Below the pieces are notes generated by a model, which worked only from the letters and a program-made list of their open reading frames with translations, ran no database searches and was not told where the DNA came from. Shown here piece after piece: positions 53,821 to 64,000 of a stretch of 64,000 bases of DNA. How positions within the stretch are numbered: the stretch's first letter is position 1; the number at the start of each line of letters is the position of its first letter. The translations under genes and the position numbers were made by a program. The stretch is taken from NCBI GenBank assembly GCA_050575255.1, contig JBNZDD010013732.1, forward strand, positions 5,046,951-5,110,950. The letters run 5' to 3'. The DNA comes from Harriotta raleighana (lineage: Eukaryota).

Positions 53821-54678
53821 CGTATCATATCTGCACATTCTTTTAAGAACAAATTATATAGATTTCTGTTATGAAATAATATCTTGGGATATAGTGTGGA
53901 ACGTGTGTAAGTGACTGCCAGGATGGTGGAAGACAAACTGAATGGATCTAGATGTTTCGTCTAGCAATGGGTGATGTTGGGGAAAGGGAGGATGAAGAGT
54001 TAGGGGTAGGAGTATGGGATGGGATTCGTAGTCGAAGCCATGGTTGGAAGAGAGGGTGATGAAAAAAGCAAACCTGCACATCATATAGACACATACAGAC
54101 ACAGCATCGCACACACACAGGCACACCACACACACCCCATAATGACACATCTTATACACACAGACATGCACCAGACAGACCTAGAAACATCTTTTAAGAA
54201 AAAGTGGCTATAACTTTATAAGAATTAAAGAATACAAAACTCTTTGTGTCTCTAGTGTTGGCTACAGGATAGTTAATTGTCAAGTCTATGCCTTTACTCC
54301 CTACCATCTGAAAACTGCCCAGCCCCAACTCATGAAATATACTACTTTACTCACTCTGTTACTTTGTGCACAGTTTCCATAACTTCAGTTTGAAGTGACT
54401 CCAATCCACTGGGTTGCACACAAGCCCTTTCTTCGAGGTGTTGGGAGCAAACCTCAGTGTTCATCGACAACATCTAAGCAAGTCCAAGCCAGGCTTTCAC
54501 CTCCAGGCACTTCAGTCCATAAATCCATGCTTGATGCCGGCTGGATTTGCTCAATGATGAAACCATGGTCATTCCAACACACAGCCCAGCCCGTCCTTTG
54601 GCACGTCACCTGGACAAATCTGTGGAGAAAAGCGATGGAGAAGAGAGACATTAAATGCCCTAACTTGAGCTTCATTGA

Positions 54679-54686
54679 TCAGACAC
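54679..54686 (-). CDS. ZNF800: Candidate terminal coding stub of ZNF800 (G-V-stop)
   Basis: gactgccag|GTGTCTGA joined to the phase-1 donor at 54956 gives ...ALLI-G-V-stop, resembling the recalled ...ALV-stop end of mammalian ZNF800. The polypyrimidine tract is poor, so this is tentative. Confidence 0.3.
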
Positions 54687-54955
54687 CTGGCAGTCGCCCA
54701 TACAAATAATAATAATAATAATAATTGTTTATGCTTAAGATTCTTTCATGTTACAATGCCTCAAAGTGCTTCATAGTCCTGACCTAGGAGAGTCGGAGGG
54801 AGGCGGCTGCAACTACAGTCAAACAGTTAGATATTCAGGAGGGGACAGTGTGGGCAGCCAGTGTGGACAGGGCTGGTGTATTGGGAGCGATCTGTTCGGG
54901 GCAGGTCAATGTGGATGGGGCAGCGTTTTGTTGGGAGGGGAGGGAGGTGTCTTAC

Positions 54956-56764
54956 CAATGAGCAGGGCCTGGGAGCGGCTACGGGTCACTTTGCTGGTGG
55001 TGGTGGTGTTGTTGTTGTTGTTGGCGATGGCCTCAGCCGACCCCTTGGTATGTGCCCGACTGTGCTGGTCCAGTGAGCTCTTCCTGGCNTTGTTGTTGTT
55101 GTTGGCGATGGCCTCAGCTGACCCCTTGGTATGTGCCCGACTGTGCTGGTCCAGTGAGCTCTTCCTGGCGAACGCTTTGCCGCACTTGCCACACTTGTGG
55201 AGTGAGAAGGTGTCAGTCAGCCTGACCTCGGTGGTGCCGGCGATGGGTGTCTTGAGGTTGTGAGGGGAGCGTGGGCGGCGGCCGGTGCGCTCCAGCACGC
55301 TCTCGATGGGTCGGTGCACGGCGCGAGCCTCCAGCGCGGCATTCATGCGGGCCAGGTAGCGCGGACTCTTGCTGTGCACTACGGCCACGTGGCGGAACAC
55401 ATCGCGCTTGCGGCGGGTCTCGTACGGGCAGAGCGGGCAGCGGAAGAACTTGACGTACAGGCCGGTGCCGTCCGTGTGCAGCGCGATGTGTTTGGTCAGG
55501 TTCTGCCGCGAAGTAAAGCGCCTCTTGCACAGCTTGCAGTACAGCTGCTTGAAATCAAAGCCGAGGGAAAGCTTTGGGCGACGGGCCCTCCAGGCACCTC
55601 CCCCGGCGTCTTCCTTCTGCTTTCTGGCCTTCGCCCCCACCTCAAGCCCCGGATCTAGCTTCAGCTTCCTGGCCTTAGCCCCCGGCTCCGGCTTCTGCTT
55701 CCTGGCCTTCGCTCTGCCTCCAGTCCCCGGCTCCTCCTTCAACTCCAGACCCGCTGAACCCTTAAGCTTTCGGGCCTTCAGCCCTGTTGCTTCTGCAGAT
55801 GCCGCCTTTGGGCTCTCCTGCTTCACCTTGACGCCCGCCTTCCTCTCTGAGGCCACTGGGTCGGGCTGGGCAGCGCAGTCCTCAGGCTCCACCTTGGGCA
55901 GGGAAACGGTGTCGGCCACTTGACTCACGCTGTGCTCGGGCTGCGCTCTCGGCTCGGGGTGGGATGTCGGACTGATCTTGTGAACGATGATGAGATGGCG
56001 GCGCAGGGCAAGCTGCGAGCTGTACTTGCGCTTGCACAGGAGGCACCTGCAGGTGGCCAGGCTGTACTGAAGGCCTGGGGCCTGCAGCTTGAGTTGCAGC
56101 GGCTGCCCGGGTTTGGTGGCAATGTCAGAGGTGATGGAGTCCCTCCGCAGCCCACGGTGCACCTCGTCGAAGTGACGCCGCACGTTGGCCTTGGTAGCAA
56201 ACAGCTTGTGACAGACAGGGCAGCTGCGACCCGGGGTTAGGATCAGGCCACCGGTGATTAGGTCCCCTCCCCCACTCTCCTCCTCGGCTCCGGCCTCCTC
56301 CCCAGCCGCCCGCTCCTCAATGTTGCCCTTGAGTTCCTCCATCCTCTTCCTGTGCACCTTGCGGACATGCCTGCGGACCCCTCGCCGGCAGGGGAAGGCT
56401 TTGCCGCACAAGCAGCAGAGCAAGTGCTGGGCGGTCACCGCAGTCACCTGCTCCAGCCTGGCCTCCTCCCCCTGCTCCACATCCTGCGGGTGCGAGGCCT
56501 CATCCCCCGCCTCGTCCTCCATTTCCACCACCACCACAGCCTCCTGCTCGCCACGTGGCGCATCAGGCCCCAGGCCTGCCACGGGTGGGTCGGTTGTTGC
56601 CAGCTCGGCCTCCTGGGCCCTGGTCACTCGCTGGAACACAGCGTTGCGGTTGCTCAGGATGGGCTCCAGCTTGACCGTGTACTCCTGGTCCACCCGGGGC
56701 AGGGCAATGGTATCCAGCAGCTCCCGCATGCTCTGGCCAGGCCTGTCCTTGCCATTTGCAAAGT
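54956..56764 (-). CDS. ZNF800: Zinc finger protein 800, large exon with multiple C2H2 fingers
   Basis: Acceptor tgtgtttctctggcag|AC. Contains CCLCGKAFPCRRGVRRHVRKVH, SCPVCHKLFATKANVRRHFDEVHRGLRRDSIT, CLLCKRKYSSQ, GFDFKQLYCKLCKR.FTS.QNLTKHI.LH, CPLC.YETRRKRDV.RH, all ZNF800 hallmarks. Probable donor ATTG|GTAAGA after 54956; read-through would stop at 54906. Includes an 81 nt artefactual duplication around the N at 55089. Confidence 0.92.
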
Positions 56765-57807
56765 CTGCCAGAGAAACACACAAATAATAACCACCGCCAT
56801 TCAGTGTGGTGACCAAGCTTAGTGCGACAGCGAGTGTGCGTCTGACCCAAGTCCCATTATTCTTTACAATTCTCCTTGTGTTCAATATCACGCCTTTCGC
56901 ATCAGGCTATTCTATGAATGGCCATTCATTGAGTGACCAATCCCAACTGGGTGATTGTAGGCCAGGGAGAGAAAACGCCCTTCCCTTTTTGAATGGTGCA
57001 GCAGAATCTTTAATGTCCACCAGAGTAGGCACAAATGGGAATCTTGGTTTAATGTTTCATCCAAAGGATGCAGCTGTCAATGCAGCGCTCCAACAGGCCC
57101 CAACCAAGGCTCTTGCACTCAACACTTTCTAGAATTAGGTAAGCAGGATATGTCCCTATAAGGAGAGAGTGCGCATTCCATTCCAGCAATCTATCTCTGG
57201 GATTTCCATGTGTGGGTGGGTTGCATGGACTTCTCAGTTTGGTTCGGAGAGTCTTTACTTTTCGGTGACCTATCCACAAACTTGAGTAAAAATTTATACT
57301 CGTATCTAGAAATTATTTGACTTGCTTTCACCTCGCTCAATGCTGCAATTGGCCAGAACTAATGCAAGTGAGATTATTAGGGAAGATTGCGTGAGCAAAT
57401 ATAGAATGGGTTACTGGATGAGCCATTCAGATCATTCAGACCATCTTGGCCTGCTCCCATCTACTTATTAGCTCATGGCAGATCTTTCAATCCCACTTCC
57501 CTAACTTTTCACCACATTCCTTAATTCCCAAGTAGCTATCCAGCTACCTTTTAAACACCCACATTGGTAATTTCCAGAACAAAATGTCCCACATCACCTC
57601 AACCCTCTGAAAGAAGAGATATTTCCTGATCTCAACCTGACCGTCCAAACTCTGATTTAAGTTCCCATCCCCTTGTTTTAGGTCACTCCACCAGAGGGAA
57701 AAGTCGCCCACTATCAAATTAATTGTCAACTACTTTGGTTGTCCTCTGTTAAAAAGCACTACTCATTCCTCTCTTTATTGAGGATCAGCCTAGATTGTGA
57801 GTGTGTC

Positions 57808-58196
57808 AATCTGGCTCAGTAGTAGCACTCTCACCTTTGAGTCAGAAAATTGTGGGTTCCAGCTCCATGTTGGGACATGATCTCAAATAGTGTAAGATGA
57901 TACCCCCAATGCAGTGCTGGGGAGATGCTAGATTATCAGAGGTGCCATCTGTCAGAACAACATTTAAACCAAAAAAATCCCATGACACAGAGAACAAAGT
58001 TCCTCACTCCCGGTGTCCTGGCCAACAATTCACCAACTAAAATTGTCTATTCGCTCCATGGTTGTTGTGGGACATTGCTTGGCGCAATTGCCTACCACAT
58101 TTCTCCCACAAATATAGTCAATTCACTTTACAGTATATTCTGTGAAGCGTTTTGAAATGTCGAGAAGACGTGAAAAGCGTTATGTCAAATGCAAGG
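57808..58196 (+). mobile_element. Long-type Deu-domain SINE in a ZNF800 intron
   Basis: ctggctcagtagtagcactctcacctttgagtcagaaaattgtgggttcc head, ggtgtcctggccaacaatt core and shared tail. Confidence 0.85.
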
Positions 58197-58253
58197 GTGC
58201 ACGGACGTGCGCTCAGTCCGGGTCCCGATCGATCAGCAAATAGCTGAACTTAC

Positions 58254-58397
58254 TCTGATCCATCTTCAGACTGGGGAAGCAGTAGAACTCCTTGTGTGTG
58301 ATCAGATTGGGCAATCCTCTGAAAAGGCTGCGGCAAAGCTTGCACTCAAAGATGGTGTCCACCTCCCTCAGCAAAATGTGTTTCAGCTGCATGGTTC
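58254..58397 (-). CDS. ZNF800: Zinc finger protein 800, internal exon with first C2HC-like finger
   Basis: Acceptor gcacgcag|GA and donor CAGA|GTAAGT. 144 nt, phase 1-1. Encodes (G)[47 protein letters not shown]. Confidence 0.93.
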
Positions 58398-58966
58398 CTG
58401 CGTGCACATGAGAGCTTGCCATACAGGTCCATTTCTATGCCTTCCCCCACCCTTCACAGCCCAAGAATTTCCCTCCCCTCTCCCCCCACACCCAAGACCT
58501 CTCACTCCCCACAGAACCACAGAAATTTACAGTACAGAGGAAAGCAATTCATCCCATCGTGTCTGCGCTAGCTCCTAGTTAACTAGCAATGCTTTCAGTC
58601 CCTTTCCCCCAAGCCTATCCCACCCATCCCATTCTCTCTCTCATATTATATTTTGCTTTCTCATTCATTTAGCCCAGTTGTGATATCTCGCAAGTAAATG
58701 CTGGTCCTCTCGCACAGATACCTAGAGGCCTGGGGTATGCTGTAAGTTCATGCGGCGGGAACGTGTGACTTGCACAGAGTTCCCTCAAGGGTTGATGATG
58801 GGGGTTGATGAAGCACATGGATGAAATGCTTGCTGGCTAACATGAAGAGGTGCGCCCACCAAGCTGTACTTTGCAGTACCTACACAGCAAATTCATGGGT
58901 TAAACTGACTGTTCGGTGGCTGATGTTCACTGACGGGAAAGGCGTTGTGTCAAGTGAAAGATTCTA

Positions 58967-59176
<210 letters not shown>

Positions 59177-59306
59177 CTAAACATTGCTCCATGACACAGG
59201 CACTGTTCGCTGTAAACATAGGTCACAGGCAATAGTCACAGGCAAGGGAACATTCCAGGCTTTGAACAAAATCCCTCAGGAATGGGAGAAAGAAGATCAC
59301 AAATAC

Positions 59307-59424
59307 CTGGCTCACAGCAGCCATGGTGGTGATGTTCAGTTTGACAGTATTTGTCAGTCACAGGTGCTGCCTTCTGTGCCTGGCACTTGCTTTCTTCACT
59401 CTCTCCTTCAGTCCGATTGTTGGG
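59307..59424 (-). CDS. ZNF800: Zinc finger protein 800, N-terminal exon (no ATG inside; frame open throughout)
   Basis: Acceptor tttttttgcctttag|CCC and donor CCAG|GTATTT. Encodes PNNRTEGESEESKCQAQKAAPVTDKYCQTEHHHHGCCEP, matching the recalled mammalian ZNF800 N-terminus MPLRDKYCQTDHHHHGCCEP. Confidence 0.85.
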
Positions 59425-61967
59425 CTAAAGGCAAAAAAACACACACACTATCTCTGTTTTATAAAGTTAACAATACCAAACAAGCTTCTTCTTCTTCTTG
59501 CGTCGTGCGGATATCAGACTGGCTCAGTCACTCCCCACTCTGACCTCTGAGTCAGAACATTGTGGGTTCAAGACTCAGGCTCTCTCCCTCTCACACACAC
59601 GCACAGGTGCTAAGTCACACTCAGCAGATTGTCCTACCTGATGACGTTTCCGGAGAGCTCCACTCAATCTATCCATTTTCATAAGACAATGAGCGGGAAT
59701 TTGGGAAGATCCTATCAATCAATCAAAGCATCAAACCATCAATCAATCAATCGCTCACAGTCCGTAGTGACAAACTTCTTCCAATGTAAGAACATTTTGA
59801 TACCACAAATAAGAAAATTTATGGTCACATAGCTACCAACTGAGCTAGATGTCAGCCTGCTTTAGTCACGTACACCCTCACCTCAGGTCATAATATTGTG
59901 GGTTGAAGCATGACGTAGGGACTTTACACTCACAGAGCAGGCAGATGCTATAGAAGTGAGGTACAGTGCCTCAGCTCAGACCGACGTCCTTTCTATATCT
60001 GTTCAGGTTTACCTGACCTGCTCCCTACATTAGAACCCATCCATCATTATTTCAGCCCAACCTCAGCAAAAAAGTGTTGATTCGTTCAAATACAAATTAC
60101 TGTAGATCATTTTTGCTAGAATATAATATTTTGGAATACAGTACACAAGTAATTTGAGACACAACATATATTAAGTGTAGTTTGGTTTGATCTAGGGTTG
60201 CCAAAGCTTCTCACCCAGTTGTAGATTAATCCATACAGAATTATTTGCTATCAACATTTCCATTAGTCCAGCACATGACTACCAGGTTGGCAGAACGTGA
60301 AATAGATGTAGATAGTCCTTGTTTTGTCTAGCAATTCCTATGTTCCCAATAATAATTGCATTTGATATAGCACCTGATCACATCTTTGAGACATCTGAAA
60401 GTGCTTCAAAGAATATACTGTAAAGTGATTTGACTACTTGTTTTGTACACCAGCTGCATACAACAGTGTCCCACAAGCAATCATGGAGTAAACTACATAT
60501 ACAACAACAATAAAATTACATTTGTATAGTGCCTTTCACATCGAACGGACGTCCCAAGGCACTGAACAGACGGTATTCGACATATACACGTTTATGAAAA
60601 AAAAAAAATTGGGCTCCAAGTTGGACAGCAAGCAGAGAAGAGCTTGACTTCCTTAGTGGTTTTACACAGTCACTACATTTGATGAGAATTCCCTGCAATC
60701 GAGACAATTCGATTTGAGAAGAGGCTGCAACAAATTCAAACATTGCTCCCTCACCTCCATTTACTGGCATTACTCACAACCTCCACTGGAGGGAACCCTC
60801 CAACTGTTCAATAAAGTCTCGCTCCTCTCAACCTCAATGCAAAACAGCAGCAAAAAAAATCATTTATATAATAACATTCCTTGCATTTGATATAGCTGCC
60901 TCGTCCCGTTATTGAGACATCTCAAAGTGCTTCACGAAGTTTACAGTAAAGTGTTTTGACCGTGTATTTTTATGGGCATAATGCGGGAGCCAATTGATCA
61001 CAGCAGTATTCTACGGTGGTGGATTTCATGTGGATGTGAGCCTTCGAGCACTTGGCAAACATCCTTAGTCCCACACACTTAAAACTTAATATGACCTCTG
61101 GGGCGCTATTTGAGAAGAGAAGAAAATTTATCTCTCCCGCATCCTGGCCGACAATTCCCGAAATAAAACTGGTCTATACAAATGTAATTTTGTTGTTGTC
61201 ATTCACTTCATAGAGCAAGTAGTGGAGAGGGGATTGAAGTGATCTTGAGGAGGGGGTACAGAGCTGGGGGTGACTGAAGTGGGTGGGGTGAGCAGTTGAT
61301 GGGAAGGGGTGTAGGGAGTGAAGACTATCTGTACTTCACACTTAACTTCACTCTCTACCCTCCCTCTCTCTCATCAACTTTAACACGCAATATACTGTTG
61401 AACAAATCCAATCTCCCAGCTGTGGAATGAACCCAGCTTAACTCAGCCACTCAGTCTGCAGCAAGTTAGTCAATGAGCCTGTGAATCCAAAGGAAACAGG
61501 TGGAGATCCCGACACAGGCTCCTCTCTCTCCTTTCCCCGGTCTTTAATACCGATTGTCTGCTTTCTCCCTCGGAGGCAGGACTATAATGGGACGTGCCCA
61601 GCAAAGGGCTCAGTGTAATTCAATCAAGTTCCACTCGCGCATTGTTACTGACAAGAACACAAGATGAGGAATAAAGCCCAGAGACCTGGCCCTCTGCATG
61701 CTGTGCCACACCCCAAAAACTAAAACGTAGGGTTCTTAAGTCATGTTAGAAAGAAGGGATAATAAACAGGCTGGTGGGTTTAACAGTGAGGATACAGGAC
61801 AACAATAAAACTCAGCATTTCTACTGCTCAAGGCATTTTCATGGTTAATCAAACGGCTGTTCGTTCTCATACCTCATACACAGGCGGTCAGGGACCAGCA
61901 CACATTACTATTTGGTGACTGCTTCATCCCCATTTCAACCCCTCTCACTACCTTGTGCTTTGTGGGT

Positions 61968-62350
61968 CAGCCTGACTCAGTCGTGCCTTTAGAGTCAGAT
62001 GGTTGTGAGGTAAAGCCCATAGTCTGTGAGCTCACAGTTCTGACTGACTGACTGACTGCAGCTTTATCATAGGCTCCGTCCTTCAAGTGAGCCATTAAAC
62101 CAAGGCCCATTTAGGTGGACTTTAAAGATCACGTGGAGCTATCAGAAAAGAGAAGGGAGTTTCTCTCTCCCGGCATCTTGCCCGACAATCCCTCAGGTGA
62201 AATTGGTCACTCATTTCACGGCTGATAATGGGGAGTTGCTGTGCGCAAACTGGCTGCTGTGTTCAGCTGCAAAATACTCAGTTACAGCACTTCAAACAAC
62301 TGTTACAAAGTGCCACGAGAAGTTTCAACATTTGAGGTGCAGAATTAAAT
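61968..62350 (+). mobile_element. Long-type Deu-domain SINE
   Basis: cagcctgactcagt head, ttaaaccaaggccc...ggtggactttaaagatc, gggagtttctctctcccggcatcttg core. Confidence 0.75.
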
Positions 62351-64000
62351 ATGAATTAAATATATCATTAATACTTGCATTTGATATAGCAATAATAATC
62401 CTTGCATTTGATGAAGCACCTTATCAAGTCTTCGAGACGCCTCAAAGGACTTCACAGAATATACTGTAAAGTTAATTGACCATATATTTTGTGGGCAAAT
62501 TGTTATTCTGGGTCTTATTAAGATGCTCAAGACACTGTGTCGGTAAGGGTCTGAGACAGTAGGAATGAAGACACAAAACTAAATTTTATGATTGCCTTTC
62601 TGGCAGCATGTTCTCAAAACCTCTCAGTTTGTCAAGAGTTTAGAAAAACACACATCTCTCTGGTTTTCTCTGTTTCTCCACTGCCAGCAACACCCCCCCC
62701 CCCCCCCCCCCCACCCCACCCCCCCATCCAAGCCTCTCTCCCTCTGACAGAAAGCAGTGCTGTATAATCGCGGCCCATTATCTGGTCCTGTATATCAAAG
62801 GGTCAACTGTGGGCAAAGCGCTTTTGTGCCAGTTGTCACTTTCTGAATAAGTGGGGGAACAGAAACGGAGCTGTGTGCTGCAAGCAGGTGTATGGACAGC
62901 ACTGCAATACAAGCAAACGTTGATGTGGACCCACAGAACAAGATCACCTCAACTCTCCGCTCTGTGCCAACTTCCTATGGTTAATGTGAAACCAGGCCAC
63001 ATATACGGATTGCATTTTTTTGGGTTTGTTACATGCTATTTAAAACCTCGCTGGAGCCGAGAAGTTTGAGGGACGGCCTGATCGATTGTTGCTGAGATCA
63101 CACAAGGGCAAATTGGAATCAAAGGGGAGGTTAGAAAAAACGTATCTCTTGACAGAGAGTGTGGGAATGTTTCAGTCTCTGTCACAAATTGAAGGCAAGG
63201 CAGAGCCTGTTAATGCTTGTGAAAAGGACTTGGGTGGAGGCTTGATGTGGAGGGAATTTAAAGGATGTGAGCGAGGGGAAGCGAGCAGAAGAGTAGTGTT
63301 AGACCGAGACGTTAAACCCAGGTCCCGTCTGTGCCTGTTCAGGTGAATGTTAAAAGACAATGCGGCACTTTTGGAATATAGAAGAGAATTTGTCTCTCTG
63401 AGTATCCCGACCAACAATCCAGCAAATATAATTGTTCACTCACTCCATGGCTGTTTGCGAGACATTGCTGTGCATTAAACCGGCAGCTGCATTTGGATTC
63501 AAATACTGCACTTCACAGTGAAATCCTACACATCCTTTGGGATATTGCAACACAGTGATAAGGTGCTGTATCAAATGCAAAGATGCTTATAATTGTTTTA
63601 AATAGTTACGGTTGCATCTGTCTTTATGAAAGTGTATGGGCAGGATGGGGGTGGCGCGGGGGGGGGGGGGCAAAGGAGAAGAGAGAAGGCGGCACGGGCA
63701 TCGTGAACTGCATGGTCGTGTGGCGGGTGTTAGTAAGGTGTGCAATTCACTTTACAGTATATACTGTGAAGTACTTTGGTAAGACACTATTTCAATTGCG
63801 GGGATTATTAATGTTATTAATATAAAGTACAACACATTAGCAGAGGTTGCTCCCGTCGGATTCAATTTGTGATTGAGGAAGTGCTGTTCAGGGGCAGGAG
63901 CTGGGTTCCGAACCAAACCCCAGGGCAACTTGCAGAGGCAGCAAGTGCAGCCGAGAGCCACGAGATAGGAAGGTGTTTCTCAAGAGTGCCTGGACCTCTC

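Noticed and set aside
51657-54213. Ser/Leu/His/Thr/Val/Cys-rich ORFs up to 219 aa
   Set aside because: They are translations of (CT)n and (CA)n low-complexity repeats.
55213-56850. Several antisense and alternative-frame ORFs over ZNF800
   Set aside because: Expected shadow ORFs of a GC-rich exon, with no recognisable domains.
56765-56891. N-terminal part of the 661 aa ORF (MILNTRRIVK...)
   Set aside because: It lies upstream of a clear splice acceptor at 56764 and has no ZNF800 similarity. It is intronic read-through.
58790-58935. Box C/D snoRNA suggested by TGATGA and CTGA motifs
   Set aside because: The motifs are on the strand opposite the host gene, and I see no terminal stem or guide sequence.

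Overview
Repeat-rich vertebrate genomic DNA from a draft assembly. The SINE/LINE/Penelope content points to a cartilaginous fish, possibly a chimaera (inference). There are two protein-coding genes, both on the minus strand and in the same order as I recall for the human GRM8-ZNF800 pair. (1) A C2H2 zinc-finger gene, ZNF800, with exons 59307-59424, 59038-59133, 58254-58397 and 54956-56764; its start codon is not in these exons. (2) The first two coding exons of the group III metabotropic glutamate receptor GRM8 (36046-36591 and 3897-4113), separated by a ~31.9 kb intron; the gene continues off the left edge. The rest is tRNA-headed Deu-domain SINEs (two head types sharing a tail with L2 LINEs), L2 and CR1 LINE fragments, a Penelope-like GIY-YIG remnant with degenerate hammerhead-like motifs, an unclassified poly(A)-tailed repeat family, minisatellites and an old ~1.3 kb tandem duplication. 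Many short duplications joined by a single N are assembly artefacts; one falsely lengthens ZNF800. I see no convincing evidence of a wholly new biological system. The best leads are the missing ZNF800 start Met, its KARK motif array, the hammerhead remnants, the unclassified retro-repeat and an overlapping upstream ORF at GRM8. Repeat boundaries are by-eye estimates.
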